A stretch of 64,000 bases of DNA from a virus, in IMG/VR virus record IMGVR_UViG_3300021185_001461, positions 32,001 to 96,000 of that record; one strand, written 5' to 3'. The translations under genes and the position numbers were made by a program. Below the pieces are notes generated by a model, which saw only the letters and a list, made by a program, of their open reading frames with translations, was not told the origin of the DNA and made no database searches. Shown here piece after piece: positions 39,101 through 46,358 of the stretch (positions are counted from its first letter, which is position 1; every line of letters begins with the position of its first letter).

Positions 39101-39324
39101 TAGCTTCTCGTCAGCCCGAAGAAATCGTAGCATTAATAGAACGTTATAACAACAACCTAAAAGCTATAGAAGGAAGTTACCTTGACATAGTAATTCGTAG
39201 TGACGGTGCAGTCAGTTATCAAGACATTATGACTATGCCTGTTGATGCTATTAAGTTGTTAGTGGAACGTATGAATGCTAGGGTTGAGGATCTTAACAAA
39301 GCCAGAAAAGGCAGTAGACGTTAA
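39052..39324 (+). CDS. gp51-like ORF, probably reached by -1 frameshift from the gp26-like gene
   Basis: In the -1 frame relative to 38270..39100; no convincing RBS/ATG near its 5' end; GAVSYQDIMTMP motif. Confidence 0.6.
   Translation: MENWCRLGHRKFFRGLIASRQPEEIVALIERYNNNLKAIEGSYLDIVIRSDGAVSYQDIMTMPVDAIKLLVERMNARVEDLNKARKGSRR
39082..39118 (+). promoter_or_regulatory. Candidate -1 programmed ribosomal frameshift signal
   Basis: In-frame slippery heptamers A_AAT_TTT and T_TTT_TTC, followed by hairpin GGGCTGA-10nt-TCAGCCC. Confidence 0.65.
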
Positions 39325-39764
39325 TGACCCATTATTAGTTTGTAATACTCTTCGGGCCAACTATTATAATATTTAGTATTATCGTGTAAGTGTTTACGCT
39401 TTTCTAACAGATCATCTGCACGTTGAATAAAAACACAATCAGTAAAATTCTTAACAAAATGACCACTTTGTCTTGTACTAGTAAAGTATAATAAATGTGG
39501 ATTCTTTTTTCTATACTCCTCGCAAATTTTTTCTATAGGAGTAATATCATCAATATCACCTAACCAAACAATTCCCATTTGGAATGTTTTGTAATCAAAG
39601 TTATCCATTACTGTGATATCTGTTCTGCCATCGAGAAATTGTAATGCTCTTTTAATTCTGGCACTTTTTGCATATGGACATACAGGATATCCATCATCTT
39701 TTAGGGGTTCAACTTGCTGTTCAGCAAACTGTAAAAATTTAGTCTGAAATTCGTCCAACGTCAT
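39321..39764 (-). CDS. Hypothetical protein (CPYAK motif)
   Basis: 147-aa ORF; PVCPYAK..LLEKRKHL..YYNSW. Confidence 0.7.
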   Translation of the reverse strand: MTLDEFQTKFLQFAEQQVEPLKDDGYPVCPYAKSARIKRALQFLDGRTDITVMDNFDYKTFQMGIVWLGDIDDITPIEKICEEYRKKNPHLLYFTSTRQSGHFVKNFTDCVFIQRADDLLEKRKHLHDNTKYYNSWPEEYYKLIMGH

Positions 39765-39929
39765 AATATGGTTTATTTGCTTTCATGTAATTGATGTCTA
39801 CGACATCATCAGTTTCACAAAGCTAACGCTTTGTTCACTGTTTATGCTTACGCTTCTTAATGTTAGTTAATTGTAATTTAAAGTAAACATTATGTCTTAC
39901 TGCTATTTATGTGATTGTAAGATGGTTAC

Positions 39930-40400
39930 TTGGCAAGATATTTTATTCACACTTAGCCTACTACGGGCCAAGTGTAAAATGAGTTCTTGGCATAGAACAG
40001 CACCCACAACACCATAGTAAACCTAGTTTAACACCTAGGAAGGGCGGTTATGCTGTACCCTTATTACATACTGCTTTATTAACGCAGAAACATCCGGAGC
40101 CATGGTATCGACTTTTGGACTATCCTCAAGTTACGAGCGTTCGTAGAGCTTGATCATTTTGATTTGTCAAATCAGTGTATTGACATTTGTAGGCACACCA
40201 GTATCTAGTCACGTGAATGCGTAACCTCAAGGTGAGTCGACCATCGCCGACCAAACGGAGCCTTGTTGCCTTTATTAGTTTTTGTTAGCCTGAGTGTGTT
40301 TTAAACTTGCCGGTAATTGCTTGACTTTATGTCGATGTGAGTTTTTATATTAGTAATTATCTGATGCTTTAATTATTTGCTTCAAATAAAGTTAAAACGC
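39930..40400 (-). ncRNA. Candidate large structured non-coding RNA
   Basis: Part of a 670-bp ORF-free interval; GC-enriched core with many stems; own sigma70 promoter. Boundaries approximate. Confidence 0.5.
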
Positions 40401-40411
40401 TAATTCTTGTT

Positions 40412-40440
40412 ATAATAACAAAAAAGTTATACGTTGTCAA
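40412..40440 (-). promoter_or_regulatory. Sigma70-type promoter
   Basis: TTGACA-17-TATTAT; the -35 box overlaps the TGA stop of the GIY-YIG gene. Confidence 0.7.
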
Positions 40441-40889
40441 CCTTTTTTCAAATGTTCTGTAAGAATTTTTGAACTTCCTACTCTTACATTTATTATTCCG
40501 TTGTAGTACTCATCTGTTTCAAGTACTCTACGGTCAAATTGTTCTTTTGCTTCCATATAACTTAGTACACCTCTGCTAGGACAATAATGTAATATTTCTC
40601 TAGTAAAGTTTTCTGCACCAAATGTTAGTACATCTGCATTTAAATGATCTGAAGAACCCCAATAGTCTCTCCAGTCACTTTCTTTTGTGCCACGTCTTTT
40701 GTTTTTCTTTCCTTTAAGAGGTGGCTTTGTAGTTTTAAATTTTGCTAGTTTCTTACCAATATACTTTTTATTATTAGTAAGATTTGTAATTAGATAAACA
40801 AATCCTTCGCAGTCAGCAGGAAGCTCGTTTACAACTTCTTTGTTGTAAGTCCACGGGCATTTATCACTGCTCTTCTTTGATCCACTCAT
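40437..40889 (-). CDS. GIY-YIG family nuclease
   Basis: GFVYLITNLTNNKKYIGKK..YWGSS..FTREIL..E..YYN. Confidence 0.85.
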   Translation of the reverse strand: MSGSKKSSDKCPWTYNKEVVNELPADCEGFVYLITNLTNNKKYIGKKLAKFKTTKPPLKGKKNKRRGTKESDWRDYWGSSDHLNADVLTFGAENFTREILHYCPSRGVLSYMEAKEQFDRRVLETDEYYNGIINVRVGSSKILTEHLKKG

Positions 40890-41031
40890 GTACTGCTTTC
40901 CTAATTAACTCTATTGTATCTATACCTAACTCTTGTTCGTTTATTGTTTCTGGTGCATGCAATAATACAATACTTGCATCTACTATTTCTAGTTCGGGTT
41001 GAAATTCTTCTTTGGCTATATGGTTATGCAT
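40864..41031 (-). CDS. 55-aa hypothetical protein (not in ORF track)
   Basis: MHNHIAKEEFQPELEIVDASIVLLHAPETINEQELGIDTIELIRKAVHEWIKEEQ; overlaps both neighbours. Confidence 0.55.
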   Translation of the reverse strand: MHNHIAKEEFQPELEIVDASIVLLHAPETINEQELGIDTIELIRKAVHEWIKEEQ

Positions 41032-42799
41032 CAATAACTTCTATTTCGGTATTAAATGTAGTGAAGCCATTTTCTTTAGTGACTTGCAACACACTTTGTA
41101 CACGACCTACAAGTTCATCACGGTGTGAAATAAGTAAAATATTCTTTTCTCTGTCACGTTCCATTTTCTTTAATACGCCCAATGCACTTTCAACACCAAT
41201 TGTGTCCATACCACTATCAACTAATTCATCTATACAAACAAAGTTAATAGGATGATTCATACTTTCAAATACATCACGAAAACTCCAACTTAGTCCAAGT
41301 ATTAATCTATTACGTTCACCTCTTGACAAGTTATCAAAATCTAAGTCTTGTCCAAGTTGTGTAATTGTTACAGTTAAGTCACTTTGGAATTGTACTTCGT
41401 GTGGTAAGCCCAAACGTGTAATATAGTATTCTAATCTTTGATTTAAGAACTGTAAGTTTTGCTCAATAATCTTTTTACGAATAAAACTATCTTTGTTTGT
41501 AAGTAGTTTCAATAAAAAGTCTTGATGCTCTCTTAGTTCTTCTAATCTATTTACTTCTGCCCAATTTACTTCTTGTAGGCCAGTTTCTTTTAGACTGTCA
41601 ATTTGTTCTATGTATGGATTAGTTTCTTCTTTAGCATTGCTTAACGCAGTTTGTAACTTATCCATTTTGCTTTGATGTTTGTATGCTTCTTGTAATGTGT
41701 TATACTCTGTGCGTGGTGCAGTACCTAACTCTCCTAAGTCTGCAATTGCAGTATTGTATTCTGTAATCAATTGATTATCATCGTCAATGTGTTTTTGACT
41801 TTCATCTACAAGTTCTGTTTTTTGTATTACAATTTTATCGTGTTGTTCGTCGTGTATTTCTTGTCCACACGCATAACATTTGTGTTCTAATGTTGAATCT
41901 AGATCAGTTTGTGCTTTAGTTAAACGCTTGCTCTCACGCTCAACACTACTTGTTAGCCTGGCAATTTCAGCAGTTAATGTATCTATTTGATTCTTTTTTT
42001 CGTTAAATTTTGTAAATTCTTCGTGTGCTTGTATTTCAACATCAATGTCAATGTGTTCTAGTGCAGCCAGTTCGCTAGTGCTTTCTTGTATGCGTTCTTG
42101 TAATTGTGTAGTCCAAGTTTTTTGTCTACGCTCTAAATCTTTAATGCTATTGCCAATACGTTCGTTAGCATCTTCTATGCCTTTGATTCTAAATGTTTCT
42201 TCTGTAATTCTGTCTTTAGTACCTTTAAGTAATTCTTTTAGTATGTCTGCCTTCTCACTAAGTTTAGTAATACCCAACAACTGCTCAATCATTTCACGCT
42301 GATCATTTGCTCGCATACTTAAAAATGGATCAGTGTAAGTGTTTAATGCAACAATATGTTTAAACATTGTATGACTCATACCAAGTAGTTGTTCAATTAC
42401 ATGTTGACTTTGTCTACCTTCGCCTTGCATCTCATCTGTTATGCCTTCGTTGTTGTCTACATCGTTGATTAGATATTTAAATATATTAGGTTTACGTCCA
42501 CGCTCAATTCTATATGGTGTACCATTTACTTCAAAGTCAACAGTAACCATCATATTTTTATTATTAGTTTTGTTAACTAGATTATCTTTTTTAATATTAT
42601 AAAGTGCGGCACCATATAATGCATAACTGAGTGCGTTAACAATAGTAGTTTTACCTGTACCATTACGTGAGCCATCGCCACCCAAGTCCAAGTTGTTACC
42701 CAACACAAGTGTTAAGCCTGCGTTGTCAAAGTGAACTGCCTGTGTGACATTGCCCACACTCATAAAATTCTTTACGGTGATATTTTTAATTGTTAGCAT
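41024..42799 (-). CDS. Recombination endonuclease ATPase subunit (gp46/SbcC/Rad50-like)
   Basis: KNFMSVG, NGTGKTT Walker A, CYAC zinc hook, LSRGE signature, IDELVD Walker B, ISH. Confidence 0.95.
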   Translation of the reverse strand: MLTIKNITVKNFMSVGNVTQAVHFDNAGLTLVLGNNLDLGGDGSRNGTGKTTIVNALSYALYGAALYNIKKDNLVNKTNNKNMMVTVDFEVNGTPYRIERGRKPNIFKYLINDVDNNEGITDEMQGEGRQSQHVIEQLLGMSHTMFKHIVALNTYTDPFLSMRANDQREMIEQLLGITKLSEKADILKELLKGTKDRITEETFRIKGIEDANERIGNSIKDLERRQKTWTTQLQERIQESTSELAALEHIDIDVEIQAHEEFTKFNEKKNQIDTLTAEIARLTSSVERESKRLTKAQTDLDSTLEHKCYACGQEIHDEQHDKIVIQKTELVDESQKHIDDDNQLITEYNTAIADLGELGTAPRTEYNTLQEAYKHQSKMDKLQTALSNAKEETNPYIEQIDSLKETGLQEVNWAEVNRLEELREHQDFLLKLLTNKDSFIRKKIIEQNLQFLNQRLEYYITRLGLPHEVQFQSDLTVTITQLGQDLDFDNLSRGERNRLILGLSWSFRDVFESMNHPINFVCIDELVDSGMDTIGVESALGVLKKMERDREKNILLISHRDELVGRVQSVLQVTKENGFTTFNTEIEVIDA

Positions 42800-42801
42800 G
42801 T

Positions 42802-43824
42802 TTAAGTTGTTAGTCCTGTATAAATGTCTACTAGTATTTGTTTCTTAATAGTATCGCTTTGTACTGATTCAAGCTGCGATAATACAATAGTGTCTACATT
42901 TTCTACTTGAATGTCTACACCTTTATTCCAGTCTTGTGTGTGTTCTTCTTTTTTACTTGGCATAAGATTAATCTCACGCAAGTCATATTGTTTAGCAAAT
43001 GTTTCTTTAATAAAGTTTGCTTCTTCGTATGTAATACCAACATCCAAACTAACACGAGCATGTGTTTTATTACCCAAGTATTTGTCTGGATTATCAATTA
43101 GTTTACTTAATGTCAGTGTTCGATACTTTGGTGCATCTGGCCATGCCAAATATTCAATAGTACCATCCCAATCTAAAAATGTACAACCTCTGTCATCGTC
43201 CCATGCATCAGCATAGTTATGTGGGAAACAGTTTCCTGGGTAAATTACATTACCACGTTTTTGTCTTTTGTGAAAGTGTCCACTAAACACCATTTCGGGT
43301 TTTGCTAAGTCTTCTGCTTTTAATCCACCATGGTCTGGCATTTGTACAAGAGCATTCATATAAAATTGTGGTAACTCAAAGTGACCAAACATAAATTTAC
43401 ATTCAACTTCTTTTAGTTTCTTCCACTCGTCATCACATAGCCAAGGAATAAATGCAACACCATCTTCAATAAACATGTCTTTGTTTATCATACGCAATTT
43501 AGGAAAATCTTCAATCATTGATAAACTGTGTATCTCACGCTTTTCTCTATAATATAGATCGTGATTACCAGTAATCATAATAACTTCATCAAAGCTATCA
43601 TTTAGTCTGCGTAAATTACTTGTGGTATAGTTTAGGGTACTAACATTAATACTTGCACGATTGTGATGCCAATCACCTAAGAAGAAACATTTTTTAATGC
43701 CTCGCTTATGTGCTTCGTCAATCATCCATATAATAAAATCTTCACAATCCTGATTGTGATATCTACTGTTATTCTTCATGCCGAAGTGTATATCAGTAAA
43801 AATTACTGCCTTATCAAAAAACAT
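42802..43824 (-). CDS. Recombination endonuclease nuclease subunit (gp47/SbcD/Mre11-like)
   Basis: FTDIHFG, LGDWHH, GNHD, FGHFE, SGHFH. Confidence 0.95.
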   Translation of the reverse strand: MFFDKAVIFTDIHFGMKNNSRYHNQDCEDFIIWMIDEAHKRGIKKCFFLGDWHHNRASINVSTLNYTTSNLRRLNDSFDEVIMITGNHDLYYREKREIHSLSMIEDFPKLRMINKDMFIEDGVAFIPWLCDDEWKKLKEVECKFMFGHFELPQFYMNALVQMPDHGGLKAEDLAKPEMVFSGHFHKRQKRGNVIYPGNCFPHNYADAWDDDRGCTFLDWDGTIEYLAWPDAPKYRTLTLSKLIDNPDKYLGNKTHARVSLDVGITYEEANFIKETFAKQYDLREINLMPSKKEEHTQDWNKGVDIQVENVDTIVLSQLESVQSDTIKKQILVDIYTGLTT

Positions 43825-44742
43825 TTATTCTCCAGTTTCTTCAGTATCTAAATCTGATGTATCATAAGTCGTTACTTTTAATGTAGGGTTGTTTAATTTT
43901 TTCTGTGCTTCATTTCTAATATGAGCTTCCCACTCTGCATTAAATGTTCGTGTGCTACTTGGATTTAATCCTTCTTCTTCTAGTAAATCGTCTCTAATAT
44001 TTTGACTACGTTTTTCTAAATTTAAAACTCTTGTAAAACTATTGTTAATTGCCGCAGTATAATATGCAAATGGATTCTGTGATTTAAGTTCATTAAACTG
44101 TAATCCAATTTGTGCTAGTTGCAATAATGCTTGTCCACGCATCTCGTCTACATATGTGTAACCTCTCCAGTTACCACGCATGCTATAACGTTCGCATAGT
44201 TTAATATACATTTTTGCTAACATGTCCGTTGTTTGTCCATGATGAACATTAAAATGTCCATTATCTTTACCACCGTCCCAATGACTACGTGCTACTTCTG
44301 TCCAATCACCCTCAATTACAGCATAGTGCTTAAAAGGAGGAAAGTTACATTTGGAATGTAAGTCAGCTTCTGTTTTTGGTTTGTTTTTTCTATTTTCTTC
44401 TGGAATATGGTCAAATGTCATTACCCTTACTACAATGTCATCATCATTAATAGTTTCAACATCAACGGCAAAATCAGCAGCTCTTGGCTTAGTTTTTTTA
44501 CCTGTTAATCCTTGTTCCCATCGAGCTACTTCTGCCTGATGTGCTATTTTTTGTAGTCTTGTTGCACGGTTTTGTTTTGCCTCTGCAACTGCTTCAGGGG
44601 TAATCTCATCAAATCCAGTTACGATCAAATCGTAATGCGTATAGTTTTCGTCTCTACTCCAACAATACGTCATTTTACTGTTATGTATTTCTCTTAACAA
44701 ATCTTTGTTTGTTAAGTAAAAATTCTTCTTTGGTTTATTCAT
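43825..44742 (-). CDS. Late transcription sigma factor (gp55-like)
   Basis: YLTNKDLL, NWRGYTYVDEM, KSQNPFAYYT; adjacent to gp47/gp46 as in T4-like phages. Confidence 0.88.
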   Translation of the reverse strand: MNKPKKNFYLTNKDLLREIHNSKMTYCWSRDENYTHYDLIVTGFDEITPEAVAEAKQNRATRLQKIAHQAEVARWEQGLTGKKTKPRAADFAVDVETINDDDIVVRVMTFDHIPEENRKNKPKTEADLHSKCNFPPFKHYAVIEGDWTEVARSHWDGGKDNGHFNVHHGQTTDMLAKMYIKLCERYSMRGNWRGYTYVDEMRGQALLQLAQIGLQFNELKSQNPFAYYTAAINNSFTRVLNLEKRSQNIRDDLLEEEGLNPSSTRTFNAEWEAHIRNEAQKKLNNPTLKVTTYDTSDLDTEETGE

Positions 44743-44770
44743 ATTTGAGATTTTCCTTTATGTAGTTAGT

Positions 44771-44800
44771 ATTATACGGCATAAGTTGTGGTAGTGTCAA
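44771..44800 (-). promoter_or_regulatory. Sigma70-type promoter for gp55-gp47-gp46 operon
   Basis: TTGACA-18-TATAAT. Confidence 0.85.
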
Positions 44801-44816
44801 CCGGTTTTTTTAATTT

Positions 44817-44825
44817 GATAAATAC
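44817..44825 (+). promoter_or_regulatory. Late promoter GATAAATAC
   Basis: Heads the rightward baseplate operon. Confidence 0.7.
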
Positions 44826-44844
44826 TACGAACGGAGAAGTAATT

Positions 44845-45456
44845 ATGTTAATTGAACATGTTTTAAAAGAGGGAGTTGACAACATAGCTGTATTTTACGG
44901 CGGTCGTTTCCAACCTATGCACCAAGGACATCACGATGTTTATAAACATCTGGTTCAAAAGTTTGGTGCGGATAATGTATTTATCGCCACAACATTTAGT
45001 CAAAAAGCAGTCAAGGCCCATTCGCAGGGCGACTACAGTAGCGATCCTTTTACATTTGATGAAAAGGCAAGCATTATGAGTAAGATGTTTAATATACCAG
45101 GAGATAAAATTATCAAAACAAATCCATACAGACCAGATATGGATGCTGCTGGTAGAGACCCAAATACTACTGCACAAATACTTGTATACGGTGAAAAAGA
45201 TGCAAATAGACTTGCTACAGGTGGTGAAGGGTTCTTACATAAGTTACCAAATGATATGAATGAATTAATTCCAACTGCACAAGAAAGAGGTTACGTATAC
45301 GTAGCACCTCTTATGCAAGGTGGAATGAGTGCAAGCGACTTTCGTGCAACTATGTCAAGCGAAGGCGAAGAAGAAGCTAAAAAACAAGCATTTACTAAGT
45401 TTTTTGGCAAATACAATGAACAGATTTTTAAATTCATAGAAGAGAGGTTAACATAA
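44845..45456 (+). CDS. HxGH-family nucleotidyltransferase (cytidylyltransferase/NMNAT-like fold)
   Basis: YGGRFQPMHQGH, PFTFDEK, MSASDFR; ATG at 44845 follows GGAG. Confidence 0.85.
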   Translation: MLIEHVLKEGVDNIAVFYGGRFQPMHQGHHDVYKHLVQKFGADNVFIATTFSQKAVKAHSQGDYSSDPFTFDEKASIMSKMFNIPGDKIIKTNPYRPDMDAAGRDPNTTAQILVYGEKDANRLATGGEGFLHKLPNDMNELIPTAQERGYVYVAPLMQGGMSASDFRATMSSEGEEEAKKQAFTKFFGKYNEQIFKFIEERLT

Positions 45457-46073
45457 TGGCAGGCGTAACAAATAAAGCAAAATTAGTATTAAAAGAAAAA
45501 GGTAAACCTTTTTTTACATTTGGATTACTTAACCCCTTAACACAAGATGGTGGTGTAGTGTTTCCACTAACGCCAACTATTCAAATGTCTCACAGTGCAA
45601 ACTATGGAACATATGATGTAGCTGGTTCAATTTATCAACAGAATTACTACATGAATACACCAAACCCTCCAATGTCAGTAACTGCATTATTTCCTGCTAA
45701 CACAGAAGAAGAAGCAAGATACGCCGCTGCTGCTATACATTTTTTTAGAGTTTGTACAAAATCAGACTTTGGATCACAAGCAGGACCAACTGCAGGTACT
45801 CCACCACCAATACTAAAATTTAGTGCATATGGTAGTGTACATGCAACTAATATTCCAGTTGTGATTAGAAACTTTACATATACATTACCAGAAGACACAG
45901 ATTATGTGGAGTTTGAACAGAACGGCGAAATGCATTCAGTACCTACACTATCATTGTTATCGGTTGAATTAGTTCCACAACTTCCACCAAAAGCAGTTAA
46001 AGATAATTTTAACATACGAACTTTTGCAAGTGGAACTTTAATGAAGGGTGGCAACTCGGGAGGATTTATTTAA
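45456..46073 (+). CDS. Baseplate/tail-tube initiator-like protein
   Basis: GVVFPLTPTI, GTPPPILKFSAYG, PVVIRNFTYTLPEDTDY; precedes gp53. Confidence 0.6.
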   Translation: MAGVTNKAKLVLKEKGKPFFTFGLLNPLTQDGGVVFPLTPTIQMSHSANYGTYDVAGSIYQQNYYMNTPNPPMSVTALFPANTEEEARYAAAAIHFFRVCTKSDFGSQAGPTAGTPPPILKFSAYGSVHATNIPVVIRNFTYTLPEDTDYVEFEQNGEMHSVPTLSLLSVELVPQLPPKAVKDNFNIRTFASGTLMKGGNSGGFI

Positions 46074-46357
46074 TGGCAACATACAGAACAGATAGTTTAT
46101 ACAGAGATACAAAAATTACTAACAATCAATATTTAGATGAGCTTACTATTGATAATATTGATGTAAAAAATACAACAACTAAAACTATGACATTAAACGA
46201 AAAATATGATGAAAAACCTGATTTGTTAGCATATGATTTATATGGTAACGCAAAACTATGGTGGGTGTTTGCAATATTTAATCAAGACGAATTAGCTGAT
46301 CCAATTTTAGATTTTAAAGCAGGGTTAAAAATTAAAGTTCCTGCAAGGTTCTCATAA
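46073..46357 (+). CDS. Baseplate wedge protein (gp53-like, LysM-type)
   Basis: KPDLLAYDLYGNAKLWWVFAIFN..DF..G..IKVP. Confidence 0.88.
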   Translation: MATYRTDSLYRDTKITNNQYLDELTIDNIDVKNTTTKTMTLNEKYDEKPDLLAYDLYGNAKLWWVFAIFNQDELADPILDFKAGLKIKVPARFS

Positions 46358-46358
46358 C

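Noticed and set aside
40321-40352. Plus-strand sigma70 promoter starting TTGACT
   Set aside because: The best -10 box lies at 19-bp spacing and would only point antisense into the GIY-YIG gene; too weak to call.
39930-40889. Bona fide group I intron with GIY-YIG homing endonuclease
   Set aside because: No split host gene or exon junctions could be identified and the P7-like match is loose; retained only as a hypothesis in the findings.
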